In this document: in pieces, positions 1 through 10,951 of the stretch | How the letters are laid out: every line of letters starts with the position of its first letter | Position numbering within the stretch: the stretch's first letter is position 1 | From: an uncultured Gemmatimonadaceae bacterium | GTDB taxonomy: Bacteria > Gemmatimonadota > Gemmatimonadetes > Gemmatimonadales > Gemmatimonadaceae | Length of the DNA stretch: 64,000 bases | Reading direction: 5' to 3' | Assembly (NCBI GenBank): GCA_963829055.1 | Contig: CAWHHI010000011.1 | Location: forward strand, 192,001 to 256,000 | Made by a program: the position numbers and the translations under genes | Notes under the pieces: generated by a model | What the model was told of the DNA's origin: nothing | Database searches by the model: none | The model's input: only the letters and a program-made list of their open reading frames with translations

Positions 1-243
1 CCATGGTGTACCGGTCTGACAACGCCGATAACAATCCGGAAGCCTGACCTGCGGCCGGTGTATCGAAGAGTCCGCCCGCGACGGCCGCATGCTCGCACGC
101 ATCGAGGAGACGCGCTGCTTCACTCCGCAACGTTCCGTCGAGCCGCACGCCCGGTCGAGGAACGTGCCGCGTGCCTCGGGTGGAAGATCGAGCGCACCGT
201 CCACGAGGCGCTGGACCTCTTGCCAGTGCTCACGTGTCGGCAT
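1..243 (-). CDS. Ser/Thr protein kinase, N-terminal part (runs off window; frameshifted)
   Basis: ATG at 243 overlaps the ECF end. MPTREHWQEVQRLVDGALDLPPEARGTFLDRAC is the helical N-terminus typical of ECF-associated kinases (similar to the 26295 gene). The window edge reads ...LSALSDRYTM, the approach to kinase subdomain I. Confidence 0.7.
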   Translation of the reverse strand, partial: MPTREHWQEVQRLVDGALDLPPEARGTFLDRACGSTERCGVKQRVSSMRASMRPSRADSSIHRPQVRLPDCYRRCQTGTPW

Positions 244-831
244 CGCTCAACTCCTGGTACAGCCACCCACGCGCTTTGACCCAGTCGCGTGCGACCGTGC
301 GCTCCGTGAGGCCGAGCACTGCTGCTATCTCTGGTTCTGTCATGCCGCCGAAAAAACGACACTCGACCACGCGCGCCTGACGAGGATCGAGGGCGGCCAG
401 TCGTTCGAGCGCTTCGTCCATTGCCACGAGGATGTCATCGCGTTGATTCGCCGTTAGGCCGCTGCGATTCGCCGACTCGAGCTCCTCGAGTGAAATCGCT
501 CGCCTGCTCGGGCCGCCACGGCGAAGCGGCGTGGTTTCGTCTCGCGTGATCGACGAGCACACGGCGCATGACGTGAGCAGCCACGGCGAAGAAGTGCGCG
601 CGATCGTTCCACTGCACGCGCGTTTGATCGACGAGCCGCAAGTACGCCTCGTGGACGAGGTCCGACGTGGCGAGCGTGTGCCCAGTGGCTTCTTGCCCGA
701 GCTGGCGATGCGCGATGCGCGCAAGGTCGCCGTAGACGAGAGGAACGAGCCGATCCAGGGCGCCCGGCGTGCCGCCGACGGACGTGTTGAAGCGCGTCGG
801 TTATCGCGTGTTGCTGGCCTGCCACCACCAT
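230..831 (-). CDS. ECF-type RNA polymerase sigma factor (kinase-associated type), frameshifted
   Basis: Pieces in different frames give LVHEAYLRL, DRAHFFAVAAHVMRRVLVDHARR and RQARVVECRFFGGMTEPEIAAVLGLTERTVARDWVKARGWL. Indels near 775 and 525. Confidence 0.9.
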
Positions 832-999
832 TGTGTCCCTCGCTGCTCACGATGTCAGGATTTTCGCCGATCCTGCGCTTCTTCTCCTGCGGCAGACCGA
901 ACCCGGTGCCGAAGCTACGTCCCGCTCACCGGACCGGCAATGCGGAACGCGACGTCGCGCCTCTGCTCAGCGCCGCACACCTCGCTCAGGAGATCAACG

Positions 1000-1972
1000 A
1001 TGCGCTCGCTTACGAAAGCCGTGGTTCTGGTGGTTCTCCCTGCCCTTGTCGGCCTTGCTGGCTGCACCAGAGACGTTCCGACGTCGCCGGTCGCCGTGCC
1101 AACTCGGCGAGCGTGGGGACGTTTCCGGATGTCATCTCCCGGAACGGATTCGCGCCCGAGGGTATCGCGTTCGGTTCCCGGCCCGACGTTCTATGTGGCC
1201 TCGCTTGCCACAGGTGCCATCTATCGCGGTGATGCCAGAACCGGCGAAGGCAGCGTGGTAGTGCCGGCCCTGCCCGGGAGGTCGGCATGCGGCGTGAAAT
1301 ACGACCCGCGTGGAGACCGGCTGTTTGTCGCTGGCAGCGCCACCGGTCAGGCGTACGTGTACGATGCCTCCACCGGAGCGACAATCGCCGTGTATCAACT
1401 GGCCGATCCGACGGCCGGTCGACGGCCATCAACGACGTCGTCGTGTTGCACGACGCCGTGTACTTCACCGACAATTCGCGCCCCGTCGTCTACCGCCTTC
1501 CGCTCGGCCCGAACGGCGCGCTACCACCGGCCAGTGCCGTGCAGACGATTCCGTTGACTGGCGACTTCCAGTTCATCCCTGGCGGCATCAAACGGAAACG
1601 GGATCGTTGCGACTCCCGATAACCGCCATCGCATCGTCGGGAACACGTTCGGCGGAGCGCTCGACGCTCGTCGACCCGCTGACCGGACATGCGACCACGA
1701 TCGACGTCGACGGCAACGTGCAATTCGGCGACGGGCTCCTGCTGGTCGGTCACACCTTGTACATGGTTCAGGGTCGGTTCAACCGGATCGCTGTCGTCCA
1801 GATGAACGCGGACTTTACGAGCGGAACGGTTGAACGGACGCTCACGAGCGCGGCGCTGGCGTTCCCATTGGCGATCGCGCTCTTCGGCGGCTCGTTATAC
1901 GCGGTCAACGCGCGGTTCAACGTCCCGCGGGGCCCGTCGGTCGAGTACGACGTGATTCGCGTGCAGCGGTGA
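1000..1972 (+). CDS. SMP-30/gluconolactonase-like beta-propeller lipoprotein, frameshifted
   Basis: RBS AGGAG and ATG 1000; lipobox LAGC; blade motifs PEGIAF, AVYFTDN, GDGLLLVGHTLYMV and LYAVNARF spread over several frames. Confidence 0.75.
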
Positions 1973-2042
1973 CGCTCGATAGCGCCTTCCGTTGAGGCGC
2001 GAGCGAAACGGGATCGAGAGTGGTATCGAAGACGCGAACAAG

Positions 2043-2070
2043 AACGCCACAAGCGCGCGCTTGTGGCGTT
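2043..2070. terminator. Perfect 28-bp palindrome, probable terminator
   Basis: AACGCCACAAGCGC-GCGCTTGTGGCGTT downstream of the gene ending at 1972. Confidence 0.55.
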
Positions 2071-2403
2071 TCAGCGAAACCGATCAGGGCGGCGGTACTT
2101 GAACCCGCGGCCCCTCACCCCCATAGGCGGACGGGCACCGCGAGGTTGCGGAAAACCAAGGCCGCGGACGAGCAATTTCCACCGCGGGTCGCCGTGAAGC
2201 GTTTCGAAGGCAGGTGGAATGGCGATGGCATCGAGAACCGGCGCTCGGCGCGCATATCCGCGATCCGACCAGAGGAAGGCTCTATCGGCGTCCGCGAGCG
2301 CGGCGTATGTCATTGCGACGCTCACCGGTGAAGGTACCGGCGCGACGCCGATTGCAGCAGCCGCCGAGTATGTCTCGCGCCGCACGCTGATTGAGCCACG
2401 CAC
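2071..2403 (-). pseudogene. C-terminal TPR remnant of a kinase/regulator
   Basis: VAMTYAALADADRAFLW...AFETLHGDPRWKLLVRGLGF resembles TPR tails of TolB-like/TPR regulators. No N-terminal part. Confidence 0.55.
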
Positions 2404-2588
2404 CAGCAGTCGCGATGCCGGTCGATAGTCAGGCCCATGTTCTGGCGCGAGCGCGCCTAACGTGGGCTACCATTAGAGCCGGATCGCGAGCACGCAACGC
2501 CGGCCGCGCAATCGAGCGCCGGTGTCGCAGGCTGTACGTGCCTTGTTGCGCGTGCCAGCGACTACGGGTCGCCACATTCGGACGGCGC

Positions 2589-2900
2589 TCATTCGGCGCG
2601 AATCGCCACCAGCGGGTCCACCACCGCAGCCTTCCGCGCCGGAATCCATGACGCGAGCGCCGCCACCCCTACGACCACCAGCGCGATCGCCACGCCAACC
2701 AGCGGCATGTTGATCGTCACTTGTTCGCCGAACCGCGACACGATCACGTACAACGCGGCGACGCTCAGGGGCAGGCCAAGCACGACACCCAGCATGCTGA
2801 GTCGGACGCCGCTCATGAAGAACATGCGGATGACCTGGCGCGGACGCGCCCCGAGCGCGACGCGGACGCCGATCTCTCGGTGTCGCTGGGCGCACCGCGA
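2589..2900 (-). pseudogene. C-terminal FtsX fragment of an ADOP/MacB-type ABC permease
   Basis: REIGVRVALGARP...ASWIPARKAAVVDPLVAIRAE; upstream part missing. Confidence 0.75.
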
Positions 2901-3139
2901 GGGCCACCAGTGGAGGGCGCATTTCCAGGTAGTCCCGTCAAGTCCCGAGAAACCGCCGCTCCCTGTGGCTGGCGTCTGGCTGATCGTCTATACTCCCATG
3001 AAGGGATTCCCGACCCGGCGGCGACGAATAGCTCCGGCAGAGCGTTCATTCGTACAGCGTCCGGGCCCCGCGCCTAACGTTGCGTCCCGGATGCGAGAAC
3101 GGCCACCGTCGCTCGTACGCCTCACGAGTCGTTCCAGCT

Positions 3140-3535
3140 ATGCCGGCACTGATGGGTCCGCAGTGGCGGTGGGCGCGTGTCGCGACGGTGGCCGTTCTCG
3201 TCGGCCCGGCTGGTTGCGACGATTATGGCGGCGGTCCAACAACGCCAACCGCGACCCAGCACGTGCTCCGCGTGCAGGCGAGCGATGCCGGTTCGGGGAC
3301 TGTCACCTCCCCGAATGCGTCGCCGCAGATCTCGTGCACGATCACGGCCGGCGCTCTGTCAGGAACATGCGGGGTCGCCTACCCCAACAACTCGGCGGTG
3401 CAGCTGGTCGCCACGCCTAACGGTGCATCGACATTCACCGGATGGAGCGGGGGCTGCACGGGGACGGACCAATGCGTGGTAGACATGTCGCAGGAGCGCA
3501 CGGTAGTCGCCTCCTTCGCGCGGGCTAGCCAGTAG
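3140..3535 (+). CDS. Small lipoprotein with divergent InlB B-repeat domain
   Basis: Signal ending PAGC; VQLVATPNGASTFTGWSGGCTGTDQCVVDMSQERTVVASF matches the B-repeat pattern. Confidence 0.7.
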   Translation: MPALMGPQWRWARVATVAVLVGPAGCDDYGGGPTTPTATQHVLRVQASDAGSGTVTSPNASPQISCTITAGALSGTCGVAYPNNSAVQLVATPNGASTFTGWSGGCTGTDQCVVDMSQERTVVASFARASQ

Positions 3536-3893
3536 GAGGTAGGTCGTGTGGCGCGGAATTGCAGCGACCATCGCGGCACTTGCGCGCCTACGGTCGAGTG
3601 GGGCTACGGCCGGACTGCTTGCGGCTCGTGATGTCGGCAACCGTTCCCGCCGCACGGTACGGTCGACCAGCGCGTCGTAAAAGAAGCTTCCGCGACCAGC
3701 GATCCAACGGAGCACCGGCGTCGGCTCGGCGCGGAATTCGTGGGCGTACCGACGCGCTCGTCGCGCGCCCGGTCGATGGCGGTGGGAATCAACGCGGCTC
3801 GGTCGTCCGGATGAACCTTGGCGAAGAACTCGGTCGGTCACCAGAAAACCCGCCGGGCTTGTAGCCAAACATTATTGTGAACGTCCGACCATG

Positions 3894-4580
3894 TCATCCG
3901 GTTGGCAAATCCCAGTCCCACGTGCCGGTCTGCCCGGCAGCGAGCGCACTCTGCAGCCGTTCCCGCGTACGCTCGAGCTTCTCCATGTGTCCGGCAACAG
4001 CGGCACGTGCCTGCGCCTCGTCTGCCGAGGCATCGGCCAGAATGAGATTCGCGAACAGGGCAGCGGCGATTGCTGCGAGTGTGCCGAGCGCCAGCAATAC
4101 CAAGGTGCGACGCTGTTCCGACTCGGCCGCCGCCACCCGTGCGGCGAGCGCTCGCGCTTCTTCATCGGAGATCGCCTGCTCGACGCGGCGAATCTCGTCC
4201 ATCAACACGCGACCGCGGCCGGTTTCGATGCGCGCGATGGCCGAATCGAGCCCGAGGCTACGGCGAACTTCGACGGTCGAGTCCATGAACGCGATGCTGG
4301 CCCGTGCCAGTGTCGTCAACGTGTCGAGACGAGCCTGCCGCGTCGCGTTCGCGCGCGTCAGCTGGCGGATACTCGCGAGTCGACGAATCGAGGAAGGGTC
4401 GCCCGCTCACGAACGGCGCGAGGTATACTGGACGCCGGGTGAGAAGGAACCCTCGTTGGCCGGCCTCGGGCACCGCGAGGTACGCAAGGAAGGTCGCCGT
4501 TTCCGCGCGGACTTCGTGTGCGTGTGCGTCCAACACGATGGTCGTTCGCTCGCTCGGTCGCGCCGTTGGCTCGGAGCGGC
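3894..4580 (-). pseudogene. CHASE3-TM-PAS sensor kinase remnant
   Basis: EAGQRGFLLT..YLAPF and GRVLMDEIRR (CHASE3), a TM helix, then QTGTWDWDLPTG* truncated at the PAS start. Confidence 0.65.
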
Positions 4581-4630
4581 CGGGCGAGCGCCGGCTTGAA
4601 CCACGGTGCTCGTCGATCGCCCCCTCGATC

Positions 4631-6646
4631 TCAACGTAGATCCATCGCCGGGTTCCTCGTGAAGAATCCCACCGGCAACAGGGAGAAGCCGACGTGCGCT
4701 ACGGGCATGACTGGCCAGTCCTCAGGGCGCGGGATGTGTGTCACACCAGTGCTATACCACGTGACGACGTCCTCGTTCTCCACGCTCTCGTTGTCGCTGA
4801 TCCATTGAGGGAGGCCGTCACCGCCGCGACTCTGGTTGGGGTAGTAGCCGGCCGCGTTCATCTCGTCCGGCTTGTACCGCGTCACCCAGAAGTGATGATC
4901 GACGAACCCCGCGCGCTGCCGCAGCCGCGATCCAGGGAGCGAGTACGGCACCGAGTTGTCGCCAGGAACGAGGACGAATCCCGTCGGCGCACCTAACGAG
5001 TTCTTCACGGTGGGGTTGACCACCATCCATTTGCGCGCCTGCGGCAGATCGAGATCGCGGCCGGCGGTCTTCTCGTCCTTCAATACCGCTTGCTCGATGC
5101 GGAACGCGTTTCCGTCGGGGTTCACGTCCCGGTTGGTCTCGGGCAGCGCGTTGATCTCGACGACGGAATTCTTCTGTCCGTCGACATCGAAATCGAGCCG
5201 GAAGTTGAAGAAGTGCTGGTGATGCGGCGCGGACACGTATGGCGCGACCAGATGCGCCCCATCCATGGTGTGGCCCGAGCTGTCACTGCTCATCGACGTC
5301 AGGGTCACGCCCTTCGAGAGCATGATGCCGGTGAGGTCGGCCTGCATCTGCATGCTTCCGTCCTGACGGAAGATCCAGTTGATGCCGTAGTCGTAGTTCC
5401 CTACGCCCGCCAGATACCCAATGACCAGCTCGCGTCCGCGACGACTCTCGGTGTGATCGACGTTGATGTCGAAGTGCTTCCAGAGCAGTCCCCCGTCGCG
5501 TTCGTAGATCGTCACCACGCCCTTGGCGGTGTAGGCCTTCCCGAAATCGTCGGCGAAGTCCGCATTCATGAACGTCGCGTTGTCGGGCGCATCCTTGCCG
5601 GGGATCAGGTAGCTCGCGAGCCGACCGATCCCGTATTCGCCCACGTCGAATGCGTTCCGCCAGGACCACGACTTGTCCTTGTCGCCGTAGGGGACGACCA
5701 TCTCCGAGAGCGACGCGCGGTACAGAATCGGCCGGACCTTTCCGCCGTCTTCATAGCCCACCGTGTACAGGACGAGCCCTTCACGCGGATGGAGCGCATA
5801 GCGAAAGCGCCATTTCTGCCAGCGGATCTCGTTTCCGCGTATCTGGAAGTCGGCGCCGTTCGGCTGGGTGATCCTGAGCGGCTTGAGCGCGGCGCGTAGC
5901 GCCCCGGCATTCTTCGCCTCGAGTTGCGCCGCGTCTTTCGAGATCGGCACCACGCCGCGGTCGACGAACTCGACGACCTTTCGCTGGTTCATGTCGACGA
6001 CAATGTCCAGGCCCTCGATCGGTCGGGAATAGACACTCGACGTGGCATTCGTTCGATCGAAGCTCAGGGCCCTGATCAGACGCGGCCCTTCGGCTGTCGT
6101 TAGGCCGACTGTTCCCGGCGCCCAACCGTCGACGTGAACCCGGCTCAAGTCCGTAAAGCCGCGCCGCTTCATGGCGTCCTGCCAGCGAGGATCGGCCTTC
6201 ACGATCTCGGGAGCACTCGACAGCTCCTCGACGAGAAAGCCCGGCTGCACGCCGGGCATCTCTTTCCACGACGAAACCGACGCAGCCTTGAGGTCCGCGA
6301 CAGCTTCGAACGTCTTGTTCGTCGCGCGATCGTAGACGACGGCGAACGCCTCGCGGCGAAACAGGGCGCCTTGGCTGTACGCGAGGACCTCGTCCTTCGG
6401 CGGCTCCTTCAGAACGACGATCGGAAAGAGCGCACCCTTGGGGAAACGATCCGCAGCCTGGATGATCTTGACCGCAGCCGCGATCTCGCCACGGTTGAGC
6501 GGATCGAGCGGGTGCGCGACGCTCGGTGCGGATTTTGAAGGCTTGGCCGAGCCGCTGGCGGCGGGCCGTTGGGCCTGAAGCGCGGACCCCGCGACTGGGA
6601 TCGCGAGCGAAATCAGTGCGGCGACTGCCAGCGGTGTGATCTTCAT
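4631..6646 (-). CDS. tynA: Copper-containing primary amine oxidase, secreted
   Basis: Signal peptide MKITPLAVAA; TPQ motif GNYDY; Cu ligands HHQH and THIPRPEDWPVMP; catalytic-region AFDVGEYG. Confidence 0.95.
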   Translation of the reverse strand: MKITPLAVAALISLAIPVAGSALQAQRPAASGSAKPSKSAPSVAHPLDPLNRGEIAAAVKIIQAADRFPKGALFPIVVLKEPPKDEVLAYSQGALFRREAFAVVYDRATNKTFEAVADLKAASVSSWKEMPGVQPGFLVEELSSAPEIVKADPRWQDAMKRRGFTDLSRVHVDGWAPGTVGLTTAEGPRLIRALSFDRTNATSSVYSRPIEGLDIVVDMNQRKVVEFVDRGVVPISKDAAQLEAKNAGALRAALKPLRITQPNGADFQIRGNEIRWQKWRFRYALHPREGLVLYTVGYEDGGKVRPILYRASLSEMVVPYGDKDKSWSWRNAFDVGEYGIGRLASYLIPGKDAPDNATFMNADFADDFGKAYTAKGVVTIYERDGGLLWKHFDINVDHTESRRGRELVIGYLAGVGNYDYGINWIFRQDGSMQMQADLTGIMLSKGVTLTSMSSDSSGHTMDGAHLVAPYVSAPHHQHFFNFRLDFDVDGQKNSVVEINALPETNRDVNPDGNAFRIEQAVLKDEKTAGRDLDLPQARKWMVVNPTVKNSLGAPTGFVLVPGDNSVPYSLPGSRLRQRAGFVDHHFWVTRYKPDEMNAAGYYPNQSRGGDGLPQWISDNESVENEDVVTWYSTGVTHIPRPEDWPVMPVAHVGFSLLPVGFFTRNPAMDLR

Positions 6647-6709
6647 AGTCAGGAGACTCGGGAAGCTTCCGACATGGGGTTCGTCGCCTTCCTTGCGGAC
6701 CACTCCCAA

Positions 6710-8266
6710 TTAGCGATCGGGTGCCGCCCCTTTCCGCGTCAGCTGGGCGTACGACGACATGGCCCCGGTCAGCGGATCGTCGGTCGTCATCGCCGCGGCC
6801 CACCCGCGCAGCGTATCACCCTGCAGAAGCAGCCCCACGCCCACGTTGTGCGGGAAGCGGCGTGCCTCCTCGCTCGGGATCGTCCCGGCGAACTGACCGT
6901 TCAGCATCCGGTTGCGGAACGTCGGCGCGTTCAGCACCGTCCACAGCGCATCAGTCCCGCCGAGCCTAACGTGGATGTCGTCGGCCTTGACGAGGAGCGC
7001 GATTGGCGTGGTGGCGCCGTCATACGTGCGGACCGTCCCCGTCCACTCTCCGGTCAGTTCCGCCGGACTGGCAAAGGCGACCGTCGGCGTGGGCGGTCGC
7101 CCGGGCGTTGGCGCCTTGTATCCGGGAAGCACTGCGGCGGCAATGTCGAGCGCGACGCGATGGGGAGCCGCGCCGCCCGTGTTCGCCAGCGCGACAATGA
7201 CGACGTTGTGCTCCGGGTACAGCTTGAGGGTCGTCGCCACGCCCGGCATCCCACCTGTGTGCGACACGACTCGCATGCCTTGCTCGTTGCCAATCAGCCA
7301 GCCAAGCCCGTAGCCGCTCGTCGTGTCGCCCGGCGTGGCGCGCCGGTGCATGGCGTCGAGCGTGGAGTCTTTCAGCACCGGACGCTGGTCCTTGAGATGA
7401 TCCTCGAGGTGGAACATCCCGAAGCGCACGAGCTCGTGCGCGCTCGTGTACACTGCGGACGCCGCCCAATGATCGAAGTCGTAGAACGCGATCGGCTTCC
7501 CCTGCGCCGTGTACCGCACGGCCGAATTGGCGATCCCCGCGCCGGTCCCGATCGTGGTGGTCGTCATGCCTAACGGCTTGAAGACCTCGTCCCGCATGAA
7601 CTCCTCGTACGGTCGCCCGGAGACCTTGGCGATGATTTCCTCGAGCACGCCGTAGCCGAGGTTGGAGTAGTTGTAGGTGGCGCCAGGAGGATAGACGGTG
7701 ATCGCGTACCGGGTGATCGCCTCGTCCATCAATGGCCGGGTGACCGATCCACCCTCGTAGAAGAAGCGGTAGTGCAGCGGCAATCCGGCGGTGTGCGACA
7801 TCACCCGCCTAACGGTGGCGTCCGACGCCGAGCCGGCGAGGCCGGTGATCTTGGCCGCGCCCAGATAGTCGTTGGCGGGGCGGTCGAGGTCGATCTTGCC
7901 CTGCTCCACGAGCTTCATGACGCCCGTCGCGGTGATCGGCTTGGAGATCGACGCCATCGAGTACAGCGTGGTCGGCGTTGCGGCCACCCGGCGCTCGACG
8001 TCGGCGAAGCCGAAGCCTTCCTCCCAAATGATTCGGCCGTTCCTTGCCACCGCGACTGCAATGGACGGCGTCCTGGTCGAGTCCATCACGCGGCGGATGT
8101 GGGCGCGAAGGGAGTCGAGCGCCACGGCCGGTATGCCGGCGTCCTTTTGAGCCGCACTCGCGCGCTGGGCGGAGAGCGGAGTCGCCGGCATCAGCGGAGC
8201 GGCGACAGCACTCGCGAGCGCGAGGATCAGAAAGCGCGAAGCCACGCGCCGTTTGGGAATGAGCAT
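6710..8266 (-). CDS. Serine hydrolase, beta-lactamase (class C-like) family
   Basis: Signal peptide; SISK, YSN and HTG motifs. Confidence 0.92.
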   Translation of the reverse strand: MLIPKRRVASRFLILALASAVAAPLMPATPLSAQRASAAQKDAGIPAVALDSLRAHIRRVMDSTRTPSIAVAVARNGRIIWEEGFGFADVERRVAATPTTLYSMASISKPITATGVMKLVEQGKIDLDRPANDYLGAAKITGLAGSASDATVRRVMSHTAGLPLHYRFFYEGGSVTRPLMDEAITRYAITVYPPGATYNYSNLGYGVLEEIIAKVSGRPYEEFMRDEVFKPLGMTTTTIGTGAGIANSAVRYTAQGKPIAFYDFDHWAASAVYTSAHELVRFGMFHLEDHLKDQRPVLKDSTLDAMHRRATPGDTTSGYGLGWLIGNEQGMRVVSHTGGMPGVATTLKLYPEHNVVIVALANTGGAAPHRVALDIAAAVLPGYKAPTPGRPPTPTVAFASPAELTGEWTGTVRTYDGATTPIALLVKADDIHVRLGGTDALWTVLNAPTFRNRMLNGQFAGTIPSEEARRFPHNVGVGLLLQGDTLRGWAAAMTTDDPLTGAMSSYAQLTRKGAAPDR

Positions 8267-8529
8267 GGGGCCCGTCAGTCGTTTGAGATGGGGGAATGTT
8301 AGCGCCCAGTCCGTCGAGTGACGAGGGATCGTTGCCGGGCGAGAGAACCACCCCCTCCTGATTGCGGCCAGACCGCTTCCACAAGGGCTCGCGACCACCT
8401 TTATTCCCGTGTAGGGCGCCGCTCGCAACGTCCGTCGCCGCACCCGTGGAACAGCGAGTGTCCGGCGGAGACGCGCATCGCGGCGCGGCGACACGAGCGG
8501 CAGCCTAACGAGTCTACGGGAGGTGAGGC

Positions 8530-8736
8530 GTGGACAGCTTCTCGGGATGGGAACGGAGCAAGCTCGACCAGCTCGTCGAACTGCAATCGCGAACCATCGA
8601 GCTGGTGGGGATGGTACTGGCGACGCCGGCTCCGCCAGAAACGAAAGTCGCGGAAGCGGCGGAGCTCATCCGGCACTTTCGGGAGCTGAGAGACACGCTG
8701 ACCGAGCAAGCGACAACGCAGGGGCGCTCGCCGTGA
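8530..8736 (+). CDS. Hypothetical helical protein (68 aa)
   Basis: GGAGGTG RBS before GTG; protein-like composition. Confidence 0.5.
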   Translation: MDSFSGWERSKLDQLVELQSRTIELVGMVLATPAPPETKVAEAAELIRHFRELRDTLTEQATTQGRSP

Positions 8737-8790
8737 TGGAGTCGCCGGGTTGACTGTGCCTGCGCCTAACGCTGTGGCTTCGGCGTTCGT

Positions 8791-9159
8791 TTATGCGGCC
8801 TGCACGGCAGACTCGGCTGCGGACCGGCGGACGAAGGTGCGGCCCACTCGCTTTGATCGAATCCAATACGCCGTCCACGCGAAGGACACCAGGAATGTCT
8901 CGACGTGTGGCCGATTGGTGTCCAATGCCGCGACGCCCGTAGCCACCACGAACGCGATCCAATACGTGCGCGCGTACCGCGGCCACTGAAGAGCCAACAT
9001 CACGCCGCCGAGGAACAGGCCGGCGAGAATGGGCACCAGCAGCGCGCGCTGGAGATCTGCGGCACTGACGCTCCGAATCCCAACCGCTGCGGCGCCTGTC
9101 CCGACCGCGATGGCCCCAAGGACAAAGACGACCAGCCGCCCTCTTATGTGTGGAAGCAT
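8791..9159 (-). CDS. Hypothetical membrane protein
   Basis: Four hydrophobic segments; C-terminal YWIRSKRVGRTF. Confidence 0.6.
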   Translation of the reverse strand: MLPHIRGRLVVFVLGAIAVGTGAAAVGIRSVSAADLQRALLVPILAGLFLGGVMLALQWPRYARTYWIAFVVATGVAALDTNRPHVETFLVSFAWTAYWIRSKRVGRTFVRRSAAESAVQAA

Positions 9160-9658
9160 CGTACCATTGGAACGAAGGACCGAATTTGCTCGCCTGCACT
9201 ACCAGGCGATCGGCTCGTATCCATCGCCCGACGAAGGACGGCCGACCCGTGTGGCTAGTCACGACGCGCATGCATCATCACATCGGCTGAACGATGAGCG
9301 CGAAGAAGGACGGCATGGCGAACATTGGCGGCTTTCTGGCGGTGAACGACCCGGACCTCGCCCTCCGCTCTCGAACGCGGCTCGTGCTCACCGAGCGCCC
9401 AGCCGACTTGGAGCTCGTGCAATTGGCATTCCCTCGTCGCGTATACACGTAGAGCCACGTGGACTACGTCGCCGAGGTGGTGTTGCACGTCGGCTCGCGG
9501 CGGTACGCGCACAGCTGCTGGATCGTTAACGGCATGACGCGGTGTGGGGCTTTACCGGACACACCGCACCCGAATGTGCCGACAGCGGCGGCGCACCAGC
9601 GCTCGTAACATCAAACGCGGAAGGATTCCCCCCACGTTTTCGGCGAAGGACTGACTCT

Positions 9659-9757
9659 ATGCGCACGCGTCATGACCCGACCAATCTCGACCACGTCGCA
9701 TTCATCGGCGTCGGCATTGGTATCGTTGGCTGGATTCTCAAGCTTCTGCTTGCCTGA
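9659..9757 (+). CDS. Putative 32-aa single-TM peptide
   Basis: AAGGA RBS; MRTRHDPTNLDHVAFIGVGIGIVGWILKLLLA. Confidence 0.4.
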   Translation: MRTRHDPTNLDHVAFIGVGIGIVGWILKLLLA

Positions 9758-9783
9758 CGCGGGCTGTGCTGTATGGCCCTTGC

Positions 9784-10881
9784 CTAACGCAGCAACGTGC
9801 TACCGCCGGCGGCCGACGCCGCGCTGGATGAGGATGCGACCAACCCCAACCGAGCATCAACCACCCGCTCGGCCGCATCCTGCGCCGAGATCCCTTCCTT
9901 CTCCGCGCGACGGAGGACCTCCACCGACGATTCGAAGATCGACTCCACCGCCGCGTCCGTCTGAGCATCGGTCCAACCGGCGAGCACCCGGCACAGATAG
10001 ATCGCCCCGCCCGCGTTCGCGATGAAATCCGGCACGTACGTGATTCCCCGTGCGCGCAACGCGTCGCCGTCCCGGTTTGTTTCCAGCTGATTGTTCGCCG
10101 CCCCCGCGACTGCGCGAACCCGTAGCCGCGGGATCGTTCTCGCGTTCAACGTCGCCCCCGTAGCGCACGGAGCGTAGACGTCCGCTTGCGCCTCGTAAAT
10201 GTCATCGGGCGGAAGCGACGTCGGCCTCACATTGCGCGGCGACCGCGGTGGCGCGGTCCTCGGACACATCGCACACGATCGGCCGAGCGCCCAGCGCGTA
10301 CAGTTGGAGCGCGAGCGCCTTACCCACGTGGCCGCACCCCTGCACCGCCACGCGTACGCCGCGAAGGTCGCGACTCGATGTCCTCAGACGTACTGCGCGG
10401 CCTCGATCGCGCACACGACACCGCGCGCAGTCACCGGCGACGGGTCGCCGAGCTCGTTGGGCAGCCCCGTCACGTGCGTGGTCGTCTCGCGAACGATCAC
10501 CATGTCCTCGGGACCCGTACCGATGTCCACCGACGTCACATACCGACCCTTCAACGATTCCACGGCGCGGCCGTGCGCACGCAACAGCGCGGCGCGGTCG
10601 TAGCCGTTAGGTGGCTGGAGAATCACACTCTTCCCGCCGCCGAGTGGAATGTTCGCGGCCGCGCATTTGTACGTCATGCCGCGCGCGAGACGAAGCGCAT
10701 CCGTGAGTGCGGCATCGTCGTCGGCGTAGGGCATGAGTCGAGTGCCGCCGAGCGCAGGGCCGCACCGCGTGTTGTGGATGGCGAGGAAGGCGCGGTACGA
10801 AACGTCAGGATCGGTTGCGAGCCACACTTCCTCGTAGCCGACGACGCGCGGAGAGTCCAGTTTGGTGAGTCGGAGTGACAT
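9784..10881 (-). CDS. Glu/Leu/Phe/Val dehydrogenase, frameshifted
   Basis: GPALGGTR, GMTYK, GGGKSVI, DPSPVTARGV, VAVQGCGHVG, GAANNQL and PDFIANAGG across three frames. Confidence 0.92.
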
Positions 10882-10951
10882 GCGGTGGTTTCGGGATGGT
10901 GGCGGGGTATTCTAGGCAGCGGGACACGGACAGCGCCAATGCAGAGTATCA

